DNA from: Bacteroidales bacterium
Lineage (GTDB): Bacteria > Bacteroidota > Bacteroidia > Bacteroidales > WCHB1-69
Assembly (NCBI GenBank): GCA_017544105.1
Contig: JAFYEU010000099.1
Location: forward strand, 763 to 64,762
Reading direction: 5' to 3'
Length of the DNA stretch: 64,000 nt
The first letter of the stretch is position 1. Each line of letters opens with the position of its first letter. Position numbers and translations under genes: made by a program. Below, in pieces: positions 1-10,132 of the stretch. The notes below the pieces were generated by a model, which made no database searches, had not been told where the DNA came from, and worked only from the letters and a program-made list of their open reading frames with translations.

Positions 1-1
1 G

Positions 2-3000
2 ACCATCGAGCAGTTGAGTGGTGCTGGTAACTGGTCCTTCCAAGAAGGTACGGGTGTCAATCCGGCCATCGCTCCTGTCTATGGTACGGGACGTCTCTTC
101 TTCAACTCCAAGACTTTTGCCAATGCCACGCAGTCTCGCGCCATCATGCCGGTGGTGCAGCTGACCAATGCTGTGAACCCCATCTTGGAAATGTGGTTCG
201 CCCATGACAATGTCTCCAATAAGACATTGGAGGGTGTTACCGTGAAGATCTCCACCGACGGTGGCAACACCTTCACCAACCTTATTCCGCAAGGACAGAC
301 GACTGCTCTTGTGAAACGTTATCAGAATACGGCCACCACGCCTACGTGGACGCTTTACACCTATGACCTTTCCAACTATGTGTCCTCCGGATGTGTCTAT
401 ATCGCCTTCGACGCCTATTCCCAGGCTGGTAACAATATCAACATCGACCGTATTCGTTTGAGAAGTCTCTTCGACAACGACCTGGCGGTGACCAACATCT
501 ATGCCCAGGGTGAGACTCCTGCGCAGCTGGGTATGGGTAATGTGATTAGTGCGTTGGTACGTAACGAGGGTTATCAGACCCAGACCAATGCCAAGGTGTA
601 CTTGACCGTTACCGGTGCCACCGAGACCTATACCGACTCGTTGACGATTCCTTCCTTGGCTTCCGGAGCTGAAACGCTGGTGACCTTCCCGGATCATCAC
701 TACAACGTGACCGAGGTTAAGAATGTGGAGGTGCGTTCCCGCAATGACCAGCACAATGTGAACAATGCTCAGAATTGGCGTATGGTGACGACCACCAACA
801 TCGCCAACTATGCCGACACCTCTGAGGTGGGCCTGATGACGGGTGATTACAACAACGTCATTCGTCCTTGTGTCCGTTACAAACTGGCCGAGCCGTTGTG
901 TGTGACTGCCGTGAAGTACTATTATGACAACACCTATATTGCCAATCCTTCCAACGGCATGAGAGCCTTTGTCTCCAATGCAGCTGGTGAGATTGTGGCT
1001 ACTTCTGCCCTTGTCGATTTCGAGTCCTTGCAACAAGGTGCTTGGAACATCATCCCGATTGAGAACTTCGCTTTGACCAATATGAGCGGTGAGTTTTATG
1101 TGGGTATCGAGATGCTCTCCAATGGTGACTATCTCTGTTCCCAGATTGAGACCCCACTTCGTGATTCCACCTTCTTCTATCTGGCTAATGGTGTTTACAC
1201 GCCGCAGACCTTCGGTCGTTTCATGATCGGTGCGCAGGTGGATACTCCGTATGTTAAGGATATGGCACTGCTGGAAGTGTTGAATCCGACCACCCGTTGC
1301 GATTTGGGACACGAGAATATTACGATAGCCATCACCAATAACGGCTTCGAGCCTGTGCCAGCCGGTACGATCTTCCATTATTCAGTGAATGGTTTGCCTA
1401 CTGTTACAGATACGATGCAGACTGCCCTGGCCCCTCATGCAACCTCTGAGTTCGCCTTCCCGACTATTTTTGACTTCACCAACCAATTGGTGGACATTGA
1501 TAGCAACTATCACATCAGAGTTTGGATTGACCAAGTGACAGGAGACCGTCTGCAATTCAACGATACTATTGTGGTTGACATTGTCTCCATCGGCAAGTCT
1601 CACACACCGATTGTGACAAGCCCTGTGAACATTTCTTACTCTACTTCTGGTGTCTTGACGGCGCAGTTGCCTTCCACCATCCAGACGGGTGAGATTGGCT
1701 GGTATGCGAGCACAGGCTATGAGTCTTGGGAGTTGCTGACCTATACCAATAACTTCACTACACCGGTTATCTACTTTGATACCACCTTCTATGCCACCGC
1801 TAATCCAGGATTCATCTTTGACACGATTGTGGGTAATGGTACTTTGACAGGTACGCAGCCGTTCTTCTTTACCAATGGCTACTCTCGTGGTCGTATCCTC
1901 TATACCGCCGATGAGATTGGTATGCATGGACCTATCACCAGCATCGGATTGTATGTGACTTCGGCTTCCAATGCCACCGCATCTGCCGGTATCCCGATCA
2001 AATTGTACATGAAGACTACGGATCAGAATACCTTCCCGACCACGGCTAGCTTCAACTGGAACGACGACATCAATGGCGCCACGCTGGTATATGATGGTCG
2101 TATCTATTTCAACCAGACGGGTTGGTTTATGATCCCGCTCATGCACTCCTTTGATTTCGATGCTGACAACCTGATAATCTTTACCGAGACCAACTGTGCA
2201 GACTACTGTACTGGCACGGGTTCCCAGTGTAACAACTGTGGCGCCTATGTGTCTGGTGGTGCCAGCTACCCGGTCTTCCAAATGACCACGGTCTCCAATG
2301 GTCTTGTCCAATATAAGAATGCCAATACGGAGACGATGACGGGTACCTACACCAACTATGCAAGACGCTTGAACATGCGTTTCAAGATTGCCAATCTGGA
2401 GTGTGGTAGTGAAAAGATTCCAGTTCATATACATGTGCCTGACATCCCGACCTACGATGTGCAGACGATGGAATTGGTATCCCCGATGGGTGGTTGCGCC
2501 ATGGCTGCCGATGAGCATATCCAAGTCAATGTGAAGAACCTCTTGAATACTGCTATCCCGGCGAATAAGGTTGTGGTTTATGCCACGTTCAATGGTACTA
2601 CAATCAGCCATACGGTGGATGAGCCTTTCGCTCCTGAAGAGTTGAAGACGGTGACCTTTACCGCTCCGTTTAACTTTACCGCTCCTACCGCTAACGTGAC
2701 CTTCAACTACACGATTTATACGGATATGCCTACCGAAACAGTGGTGTACAGAGGCAATGACACCATCACGGGTCAGTTAGTCTCTACCTATACCGCTCCG
2801 CTGCTCAACGAGTATAACTATACAGGCAACTACACGCAGACGATTGATATCTTGAAACCTGAGCATCGTCTGAGCAATGTGACGCAATACTATTTCTATG
2901 CTAACGAGAATGATGCGACGCCGATTCATACGACTAACACGGCCACTCCGTATTATACCACGCCTGCTTTGTATGACTCTGTGACCTATTGGGTGGCTGG

Positions 3001-6000
3001 TAAGACTCAGTCGAGCAACTGTACCACCAGCAGAAAACCGATTCACATCAATGTGTTCCGTCCGCAATATGACTTGATCACCAATGAGCTGGTGGCTCCG
3101 GTTTCCTATCAGTGCGGTCTTCCGAACAGTCCGCAGTTGCAGGTGAATGTGGGTAATACGGATACTACCTCCACCTCTGTGATCCCGGCCGGAACCTTCA
3201 ACCTGACGGCCAACTTCACAGGTACCCACACGGCCACAGGCACCTCTTCTGTCAACGTGCCTATCTCCTCATTGCAAAATGCCACTGTCACCTTTGCCAA
3301 CGGTATCAACATTGGATCTACCACGCAGAACAACTCCTATACCTATCATATTTATAGTAACCCTGCAAGCTCTATGGGTGTGTATCGTTTGAACGACACC
3401 ATCTCCGGGCGCTTGTATATCCCTGCCAACCCGGTGGCTCCTCCGGCCTTGACCTACACGGCCACGTATGGTATGCCTTATACCATCACCCCGAACAGCA
3501 ATGTCTTGGATTACTATTATTTCTATCAGAACGAGAATGACAACACCCCGATTGGCCAAGGTAGTTCCTTCACGACCGATCCTGTTTACTCCTCTCCGAT
3601 GGTATTATACTACAGCGGACGTATTGAGGATGATGACTTTGACACTTTGGTTCAAGTGGGTACGGGTACTTCCGGACAGTCTTATCCGTTCACCTTCACC
3701 AATGGTCACTCCTATGCCAAGATTCTGTACTCGGCTTCTGAAGTCGGCCCTGCCGGTAGAATTGACACCTTGTTCTTCTCTGTGCAGACTGCGAATACCA
3801 GCGGTTCTTCCATTCCTGTGAAGATGTGGTTGAAGAACCATACGGCAGACATGGATCAGATTGCCAATGCTGCCACCTCCATCAACTGGAACAACGAGAC
3901 GAATGGCGCCACGTTAATCTTCGACGGCGAGTTGGATTTCGCCACCCTCAACTGGTTCGCCATCCCTGTTCCTGGCGGTTTCGACTATAATGGCAAGGCT
4001 CTCTTCCTCTATGTGGAGCACAACTGTGGCGATGCCAGCTGTGTGACGAACAACGGTATCAACCCGGTGCCGAAGTTCCACAACACCTCCATCCAGAAGA
4101 AAGTGCTCTACAAGGCTCAGAATACGGCCCTGACGGCTGCTTCTTCCTTCGCTTTGCAGAACAACCGTTGGAACACCCGCTTCAAGATGAGCTATACTTG
4201 TGAGTCTCCAAAGTCAACCATCACCATCAACACCAATGTTCCGCAACATGATGTGGGTGTGATTGCCATCAACACGCCGGTGACTCCTAGCAATACCTAC
4301 ACAGCCACCAATCCGGTACAAGTGGTGATCAAGAACTTCGGTACCCAAGCCGCTTCCAACTTCCCAGTTTCTTACCAGTTGGCCAACGGCACGCCTGTCA
4401 GCCAGAACTACACAAGCTCTTTGGCTGCCGGTGCCACCGCCACGGTGAACTTCACCACTTCTTGCGATTTGAGCACCATTTACTATGATACTCCTTTCAA
4501 AGCTTACACGGGTCTTACCAGCGATACCTATCATGGCAACGATACCACGACCATTATGGTTCGCAAAGAGGATCCTTGTATCTCCCGTCCGTTGTCGCTG
4601 GCTACTGGCGCAGACATCTCCAATGTGACCTTCGCTGGTATCAACAATGGCCCGGGTACACCGTACACCAACTACACTCCTGCCAGTGACGGACTTTATA
4701 CGGACTACACAGGCACGGTTGCTGCTGGCGAGTTGGTGCAAGGACAGACCTACCAGTTGGCTGTCACGCACTCCTTCACCGCCACGGCTACGGCTACGGT
4801 CTATAAGACGGTCTATGTGGACTACAATCGCAATGGCGTCTTCGAGACCAACGAGCAGATCTTCACTTCCGGTGCCGTGCCGGCTGGCCAAGCCAACGCC
4901 ACCACTAACGCTACCATTGTTGTGCCGACCACCACGGCTCTCGGCCTTACCCGCATGCGCGTCATCTGTGCTGCTGGCAACTATACCAGTGCTTGTGGTA
5001 CCTACAACTATGCCGGTGAAACCGAAGACTATGCTATCCTCCTGTCTCCGCCTGTGACGACCGATATGGGTATTGTGAACTTCATCCACCCGGTGGGCAA
5101 TGTTTGCCAGGACAACAATGCAACCGTACGCGTCAGAGTGAGAAACTATGGCTCACAAACACAGACCTTATCCATGGACAATCCGCTGACCCTGAACCTG
5201 ACTGTCGCAGGTGCTGCTACGGGTAACTATACTACCAGCTTGACCTCTGGTACCTTCCAGCCGTATGAGGATATCATCATGTCAATTGACAACGTTAACT
5301 TGGGTGCTGCTGGTGATTATACCTTGAATGCATCTATTACCTATAGTGGCGACCTCTATGTCTCCAATAACACTATGACAGGCAATGCTCATGTGGATGC
5401 CGGTGCCGCTACCATCCCTTATCTGGAGACCTTCGACTCCGGTACGGGTTCAGATGGTGAGTACTTCTTCACACCTGACTGGTCCGTGGATATGTCAGCT
5501 TCCAACTACAAGTGGGAAGTCTTCCAGGCTGCCAGCCCGAATGCCAACACCAATGGCGGTCCTGCTCATGATCATACGCAGGCAGGTACTGTCTTTGAGG
5601 CCTTCGGTCGCTATGCATCCGTCCAAGGTATCAGCGGTTCCAATAACGCTACCAAGTGGACCACCTTGACCTCCAAGTGTCTTAACCTGCACTATCAGAA
5701 CGGCTATCCTGCAGAGCTTTCCTTCTACAAGTATTTCACAGGACCGAACACCTCCAACTTCCAGATGATGGTGGAGGTCGGCTCCGGTGACAACTTTATC
5801 CCGTTGGATACCCTCACCAAAGCAGAAGGCGAAATCGGCATTTGGACCAGATATGTCGTGGCTTTGACCGGTTACGATGAGGTGGGTCAGATCAGATTCA
5901 GAATGACTGGCCAAACCAATAAGATCGACCCGTCCATCGATGATGTCCATGTGACACCGGGCCTTCCGGATCTTGCAGTTGAGAAGGTGGTTTATCCGTA

Positions 6001-6610
6001 TGACTTCAACGATCCTGAGCATCAGGGTGAGTGTTTGTCCTTAACCGATACCGTACATCCTATTGTCCGCTTCTACAACAATGGTGACTCTCCGATCTCC
6101 GAGTTTGATGCTATGAGCGAACTGGCCGTCGGCGTCGTGAAAGATACGATTGTTGAGCATGTGGTGGTCACTATCCTGCCGGGTGAGTATTATGACTATG
6201 AGTTCACACAGGGCTTTGTCGTTCCGGAGAATGTTTATCACTGTCAGATTGCGGCCTTCGCTATTATCGACCTGGATAAAGATCTTACGAACAACACCAA
6301 GCGTGTGATTCCTTGTACTTCCTTGGATGTTCCGAATTACGAAGCCGAAGAGGGTATCGTGTTGTATCAAAACATGCCGAACCCGGCCGAGAACCAGACT
6401 ACCATCGTCTGCTTGCTTCCGGATTATGGCAAGGCAACCCTGCAGATCTATTCCGCAATGGGTCAGCTGCTCTACACGGATGCTCAAGACGGCGTCTTTG
6501 GTCAGAACCAATTCGAAGTCAAGACTTCTGACTGGTCTGCTGGTGTGTACTACTACACGTTGACATTCAAGAACGCTACGTTAACCAAGAAGATGGTTAT
6601 CCAAAAATAA
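2..6610 (+). CDS. Giant T9SS-sorted cell-surface/adhesin-like protein, 5' end off-window
   Basis: The frame is open from nt 2 to the stop at 6608-6610 (>2198 aa). CARDB-like Ig modules are present (DLAVTNIYAQ...VRNEG, HDVGVIAINTP...IKNFG). Two paralogous modules of about 240 aa lie at nt ~1690-2440 and ~3510-4250 (GT.TG.QP/YPF.FTNG.S...ILY.A.E.G). A GEVED-type motif (AGETEDYAI) is at ~5013-5040. A MAM-like domain is at ~5410-5960 (PYLETFDSG...GPAHDHTQ...IDDVHVT). The last ~85 aa look like a T9SS C-terminal sorting domain (YQNMPNPA...GVYYYTL...KKMVIQK). Confidence 0.85.
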   Translation, partial: TIEQLSGAGNWSFQEGTGVNPAIAPVYGTGRLFFNSKTFANATQSRAIMPVVQLTNAVNPILEMWFAHDNVSNKTLEGVTVKISTDGGNTFTNLIPQGQTTALVKRYQNTATTPTWTLYTYDLSNYVSSGCVYIAFDAYSQAGNNINIDRIRLRSLFDNDLAVTNIYAQGETPAQLGMGNVISALVRNEGYQTQTNAKVYLTVTGATETYTDSLTIPSLASGAETLVTFPDHHYNVTEVKNVEVRSRNDQHNVNNAQNWRMVTTTNIANYADTSEVGLMTGDYNNVIRPCVRYKLAEPLCVTAVKYYYDNTYIANPSNGMRAFVSNAAGEIVATSALVDFESLQQGAWNIIPIENFALTNMSGEFYVGIEMLSNGDYLCSQIETPLRDSTFFYLANGVYTPQTFGRFMIGAQVDTPYVKDMALLEVLNPTTRCDLGHENITIAITNNGFEPVPAGTIFHYSVNGLPTVTDTMQTALAPHATSEFAFPTIFDFTNQLVDIDSNYHIRVWIDQVTGDRLQFNDTIVVDIVSIGKSHTPIVTSPVNISYSTSGVLTAQLPSTIQTGEIGWYASTGYESWELLTYTNNFTTPVIYFDTTFYATANPGFIFDTIVGNGTLTGTQPFFFTNGYSRGRILYTADEIGMHGPITSIGLYVTSASNATASAGIPIKLYMKTTDQNTFPTTASFNWNDDINGATLVYDGRIYFNQTGWFMIPLMHSFDFDADNLIIFTETNCADYCTGTGSQCNNCGAYVSGGASYPVFQMTTVSNGLVQYKNANTETMTGTYTNYARRLNMRFKIANLECGSEKIPVHIHVPDIPTYDVQTMELVSPMGGCAMAADEHIQVNVKNLLNTAIPANKVVVYATFNGTTISHTVDEPFAPEELKTVTFTAPFNFTAPTANVTFNYTIYTDMPTETVVYRGNDTITGQLVSTYTAPLLNEYNYTGNYTQTIDILKPEHRLSNVTQYYFYANENDATPIHTTNTATPYYTTPALYDSVTYWVAGKTQSSNCTTSRKPIHINVFRPQYDLITNELVAPVSYQCGLPNSPQLQVNVGNTDTTSTSVIPAGTFNLTANFTGTHTATGTSSVNVPISSLQNATVTFANGINIGSTTQNNSYTYHIYSNPASSMGVYRLNDTISGRLYIPANPVAPPALTYTATYGMPYTITPNSNVLDYYYFYQNENDNTPIGQGSSFTTDPVYSSPMVLYYSGRIEDDDFDTLVQVGTGTSGQSYPFTFTNGHSYAKILYSASEVGPAGRIDTLFFSVQTANTSGSSIPVKMWLKNHTADMDQIANAATSINWNNETNGATLIFDGELDFATLNWFAIPVPGGFDYNGKALFLYVEHNCGDASCVTNNGINPVPKFHNTSIQKKVLYKAQNTALTAASSFALQNNRWNTRFKMSYTCESPKSTITINTNVPQHDVGVIAINTPVTPSNTYTATNPVQVVIKNFGTQAASNFPVSYQLANGTPVSQNYTSSLAAGATATVNFTTSCDLSTIYYDTPFKAYTGLTSDTYHGNDTTTIMVRKEDPCISRPLSLATGADISNVTFAGINNGPGTPYTNYTPASDGLYTDYTGTVAAGELVQGQTYQLAVTHSFTATATATVYKTVYVDYNRNGVFETNEQIFTSGAVPAGQANATTNATIVVPTTTALGLTRMRVICAAGNYTSACGTYNYAGETEDYAILLSPPVTTDMGIVNFIHPVGNVCQDNNATVRVRVRNYGSQTQTLSMDNPLTLNLTVAGAATGNYTTSLTSGTFQPYEDIIMSIDNVNLGAAGDYTLNASITYSGDLYVSNNTMTGNAHVDAGAATIPYLETFDSGTGSDGEYFFTPDWSVDMSASNYKWEVFQAASPNANTNGGPAHDHTQAGTVFEAFGRYASVQGISGSNNATKWTTLTSKCLNLHYQNGYPAELSFYKYFTGPNTSNFQMMVEVGSGDNFIPLDTLTKAEGEIGIWTRYVVALTGYDEVGQIRFRMTGQTNKIDPSIDDVHVTPGLPDLAVEKVVYPYDFNDPEHQGECLSLTDTVHPIVRFYNNGDSPISEFDAMSELAVGVVKDTIVEHVVVTILPGEYYDYEFTQGFVVPENVYHCQIAAFAIIDLDKDLTNNTKRVIPCTSLDVPNYEAEEGIVLYQNMPNPAENQTTIVCLLPDYGKATLQIYSAMGQLLYTDAQDGVFGQNQFEVKTSDWSAGVYYYTLTFKNATLTKKMVIQK

Positions 6611-6632
6611 CCAGTCTTTTTAACATAAGTAG

Positions 6633-6665
6633 GACTACCCGATTGAGGTCGGGTAGTCTTTTTTA
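6633..6665 (+). terminator. Rho-independent terminator after the giant surface-protein gene
   Basis: Perfect 10-bp stem gactacccga/tcgggtagtc (6633-6642 and 6649-6658) with loop ttgagg, followed by a T7 run (6659-6665). Confidence 0.8.
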
Positions 6666-6681
6666 TACCATAACCTATTAG

Positions 6682-7929
6682 ATGATGAAGATACTGAGAT
6701 TGGCAATGATATGCCTGATGTTTTTCGGTGCTGCGCAGGCGCAAGTGAGACCGGGTGCGTGGCGTATAGACCGTTATTTACCCCTGCTGGAGGGCAAGCG
6801 TGTGGCAGTGTGCGGCAACCAGACCTCGTTGGTGGATACCTGCCGCTATGAAACCCTTTCTGCCGACTCCAGTGTACTCCGTATCGACTGCTCCTGTGAG
6901 ACCAACAAGTCTGCTGAAATGCCGCATCTGGTGGATGTCTTGTTGGCGAACAAGGTACAGGTGGTCAAGATCTTCTGTCCGGAGCACGGTTTCCGGGGCA
7001 ATGCCGAGGCGGGTGCCCATATCGCCTCTGGCGTGGACGAGCGCACGGGTCTCCCCATCATCTCCCTCTATGGTAACAACAAGAAGCCGCAACCTGCTCA
7101 ACTGCAAGATGTGGATGTCATTGTCTTCGATTTGCAGGATGTGGGCTGCCGTTTTTACACCTACATCTCCACGCTGCATTACGTGATGGAGGCTGCGGCC
7201 GAACATGGCGTGGAGGTCATCGTCTTGGACCGTCCCAACCCGAATGGCTACTTTGTGGACGGACCGGTGCTCCAACCCAAGTGGCGTTCGTTTGTGGGCA
7301 TGCACCCCGTACCTGTGGTCTATGGCATGACGATAGGGGAGTACGCCTTCATGATTAATGGGGAAGGATGGCTCTCCGAAGGGCGGAAGTGTGATTTGAC
7401 GGTGGTTCCCATCAGCGGATATACCCATCAGACACGTTACACGCTCCCCGTGCGGCCGTCGCCGAACTTGCCTAATGACGAGTCAATATACCTCTACCCA
7501 TCCCTCTGTTTCTTTGAGGGTACCAACGTCAGCATCGGGCGGGGCACGGACTATCCATTCCAGCTCTATGGTTCCCCCTCTTTCACGAAGGGCGACTATA
7601 CCTTCACCCCGAAGCCCATAAAGGGTGTGTCGGAGAACCCTCTCTGCAAAGGACAACTCTGCCGGGGCTATTTCCTCTATTCCTATGCCCATGATTCTCT
7701 GCAGGGATCGAACAGCCTCAATCTGGAGTACTTGCTCAATGCCTACCAGTGTACGCCCGACAAGAGTACCTTCTTTACCAATGCCGCCTTCTTTGACAAG
7801 CTGGCGGGCACCGACCAGTTGCGGAAGCAAATCATACAGGGCCTCACGGAAGAGCAGATCCGTGCCTCTTGGCAAGCCGATCTGGACCGCTTCAAGGAGG
7901 TCAGAGCCAAGTACTTACTTTATGAGTAA
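6682..7929 (+). CDS. namZ: DUF1343 family exo-beta-N-acetylmuramidase (NamZ-like)
   Basis: Has a signal peptide. Strong DUF1343 hallmarks are present: KRVAVCGNQTS, FCPEHGFRGNAEAG, ISLYGNNKKP, VFDLQDVGCRFYTYIST, VLDRPNPNG, FVGMHPVP, PSPNLPN, FFEGTNVSIGRGT. Confidence 0.9.
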   Translation: MMKILRLAMICLMFFGAAQAQVRPGAWRIDRYLPLLEGKRVAVCGNQTSLVDTCRYETLSADSSVLRIDCSCETNKSAEMPHLVDVLLANKVQVVKIFCPEHGFRGNAEAGAHIASGVDERTGLPIISLYGNNKKPQPAQLQDVDVIVFDLQDVGCRFYTYISTLHYVMEAAAEHGVEVIVLDRPNPNGYFVDGPVLQPKWRSFVGMHPVPVVYGMTIGEYAFMINGEGWLSEGRKCDLTVVPISGYTHQTRYTLPVRPSPNLPNDESIYLYPSLCFFEGTNVSIGRGTDYPFQLYGSPSFTKGDYTFTPKPIKGVSENPLCKGQLCRGYFLYSYAHDSLQGSNSLNLEYLLNAYQCTPDKSTFFTNAAFFDKLAGTDQLRKQIIQGLTEEQIRASWQADLDRFKEVRAKYLLYE

Positions 7930-7976
7930 GGGAACATGAAGTAAGGGGTCGGAGCAAATTGCGTCAATACTGAGGG

Positions 7977-8016
7977 GTAAGAAACTAAGAAATTAAGAAA
8001 CTAAGAAGTTAAGAGG
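7977..8016. repeat. Tandem degenerate octamer tract (5 x 8 nt, NTAAGAAR)
   Basis: gtaagaaa ctaagaaa ttaagaaa ctaagaag ttaagagg in the intergenic region after namZ. A GTCAAA hexamer mini-tract follows at 8083-8099. Confidence 0.85.
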
Positions 8017-8107
8017 GTTTAGCTTCTTAGCTCCTTCATGGGTCACTCCAAAAGCCTTGGAACGAGAAATTGCGAGGTGATTGTCAAAGTCAAAGTCACT
8101 TGGTTCG

Positions 8108-8338
8108 TTAATAGTCCTCCTCGTCAAAATCCTTTTTAGCCCAACACCAGAATGCTCCAAACAGTACGATGGGTACGATTAACCACCAGTCCTGAAGGAT
8201 GTCAGACCAACTTTGAGGTCCCATTCCTAGAAAGCTGAAATAGTGCGTGGGAAGGACGATGATGCAAAAACTAAGTACCAGCATTAGAAAGAAATACAAC
8301 CACTTCTTTGTCTTTTTGCTCATTTTTTTCTTTTTCAT
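8108..8338 (-). CDS. Small two-TM membrane protein, unknown function
   Basis: 76-aa ORF with a Lys-rich N-terminus and two hydrophobic helices. No recognisable family. Confidence 0.4.
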   Translation of the reverse strand: MKKKKMSKKTKKWLYFFLMLVLSFCIIVLPTHYFSFLGMGPQSWSDILQDWWLIVPIVLFGAFWCWAKKDFDEEDY

Positions 8339-8361
8339 GCTCAGTGAATTTTTATGGGTTG

Positions 8362-8383
8362 GAGACGTTCCATGGAACGTCTC
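8362..8383. other. Perfect 22-bp palindrome (gagacgttccatggaacgtctc)
   Basis: Read directly from the sequence. It lies between the C69 peptidase stop and the start of the small membrane gene. Confidence 0.9.
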
Positions 8384-8425
8384 TACAGGGGGTTCCCGTT
8401 AATCGTCTTGCCGTTTGTTTTCTTT

Positions 8426-8447
8426 CAAACTGCGAGGACGCAGTTTG
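8426..8447 (-). terminator. Possible terminator hairpin downstream of the C69 peptidase gene (no U-tract)
   Basis: Perfect 9-bp stem caaactgcg/cgcagtttg with loop agga, about 40 nt after the stop at 8489. It lacks a T-run on either strand, so the assignment is weak. Confidence 0.25.
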
Positions 8448-8488
8448 CTCCGGTTCGCAAACTCCCAACTGACAACTATCAACCTTTC

Positions 8489-10081
8489 TTACCACATTCC
8501 GTCAAACACAGTCCAGAGGTGGTCGCCGAGTTTCCAGGCGGTCTCCACAGCGGTGTTGCCGCATTCGTTGGTGAACTTGGTGAGCAGTTGGATGGCTTCC
8601 GTTCTCTGTCCGTTTCGTAACAGCCGCAGCGCCTCGGTCTCCACCGCGTAGTGCTCTTGGATGAACTCTTTCTCCAGGGGTTCCCACGTCTGGTTGATGA
8701 CCACGTGCATGTCGCCCCACCGTTGGCAGGCGATGGTGCCCACGCGGTTGAAGGCCCACCAGGCAGCCTCTTTGCTGAAGCCGGTCTCGCGGCCGTCGGT
8801 CTTGTAGGTCGAGGGCAGGTCGGTGACGTTGGCGTAGATGGGCACATGGATGGAGGAGGCCACGTTGTCGAGGGCGAACCAGCACAAGGCGCCCACCTCA
8901 TCGGGCAGGTCGGCGCGGCACTGGATGATGGTGCCATAGACGGTGAAGTGCACGGCGATGTTGCGCTCGCCTAGCTCGTTCCAGCCACCGTTGATTCTGT
9001 GGAGCTTGAGCTCGTCGCTCTTCATGAAGGGGTTGGCCATGGGCGAGATGACCTGCTTGCCATCCTTGTCGGCCACGGTCAGGGTCTTGCGCATATCGTA
9101 AGGAGTGCCTTCGTAGTAGTCTTTGAAGATGCTCATCATCTTCTCGATGGTCACCAAGGAGTCGGGCTTGACGGAGAAGGGGTAGTTCTCGGCGTTGGGG
9201 TCGAGGTGCAGGGAGGGGGCGAGGAGGTCGAATACGCGCCACTCTCTGCGGCGGCAGGCGATCATGGTACGGCTCTGCGGCGCGTAGGCGTAGGCAAAGC
9301 GGAAGGTCTCCTTGCCATCCCACCAGCCGTTCTCCTTGGCCAGCGAATAGACATTGTCGGAGGCCATGAAGTAGTCCTTGTCCTTGAGGTTGATCTCGCG
9401 GATGGTGGAGGCGTTGGCGTTGACGGCCACGTGGTCGTCGGGCACGCGTTGGGCAGCCCATACGGCACCTACCTTGCCCTTGCCGGGCCCTAAGATCTCG
9501 AGATGCCAGACCTCGTTCTTGTCGGCTATGGTGAGGCACTCGCCCGCGTCTATCCAGCCATACTCTTTCAGCAGGATGCCCGCCGTGCGGATGGCCTCGC
9601 GCGCGGTGGTGCAGCGCTGCAACAACAACATGCAGAGGCGCTGGCAGTCGATAAGGCCGCTGTCGGACTTCAGCTCTGCGCGTCCGCCGAAGGTCGATTC
9701 ACCGATGGCTAACTGATGCTCGTTGACGCACGGGTAGGCCGTGTTCAGGAACTGGTAGGTGTGGGCCGCCTGCGGGATGTCACCCACAGGGATGTCGGCG
9801 TAACGGGCCATCTTGCCAGGCTCGTTGGGCGCCCATACGCGCTTGTAGAGGGTCTGCCGCTCGCCCTGACCGTGGTCCTTGGCCGGCTCCACCATGATGT
9901 TGGTGCGCGACCGGTGACTGTCGTCGGTATGGGAGGTCATCACCGACCCGTCGGCAGAAGCCTTCTTGCCAATGGTGATGCTGGTACACTCCATGCCCTC
10001 CGTGATGGGGTCAACAATCTGTGCCGATAAAGCAAACATGCTCATTACCAACACACAAACAATTAATACAATCTGTTTCAT
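8489..10081 (-). CDS. C69 family dipeptidase
   Basis: Signal peptide followed by the C69 N-terminal nucleophile context (MECTSITIGKKASADGSVMTSHTDDS). Length is 530 aa. Confidence 0.8.
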   Translation of the reverse strand: MKQIVLIVCVLVMSMFALSAQIVDPITEGMECTSITIGKKASADGSVMTSHTDDSHRSRTNIMVEPAKDHGQGERQTLYKRVWAPNEPGKMARYADIPVGDIPQAAHTYQFLNTAYPCVNEHQLAIGESTFGGRAELKSDSGLIDCQRLCMLLLQRCTTAREAIRTAGILLKEYGWIDAGECLTIADKNEVWHLEILGPGKGKVGAVWAAQRVPDDHVAVNANASTIREINLKDKDYFMASDNVYSLAKENGWWDGKETFRFAYAYAPQSRTMIACRRREWRVFDLLAPSLHLDPNAENYPFSVKPDSLVTIEKMMSIFKDYYEGTPYDMRKTLTVADKDGKQVISPMANPFMKSDELKLHRINGGWNELGERNIAVHFTVYGTIIQCRADLPDEVGALCWFALDNVASSIHVPIYANVTDLPSTYKTDGRETGFSKEAAWWAFNRVGTIACQRWGDMHVVINQTWEPLEKEFIQEHYAVETEALRLLRNGQRTEAIQLLTKFTNECGNTAVETAWKLGDHLWTVFDGMW

Positions 10082-10132
10082 AATTATTATCTGTTATCTG
10101 TCATCTATAATCTATTAACCCTATACCCTCAT

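Noticed and set aside
1382-2611. Long antisense or off-frame ORFs inside GC-rich genes. Examples: 1382-2611, 4214-5089, 16084-17058, 29070-30662, 30523-31335, 31372-32424, 52330-53070, 54022-55698.
   Set aside because: Each one lies entirely within, and opposite or out of frame to, a gene with a clear family signature. Their translations are low-complexity (R/G/H/D-rich), as expected for shadow ORFs in GC-rich DNA.
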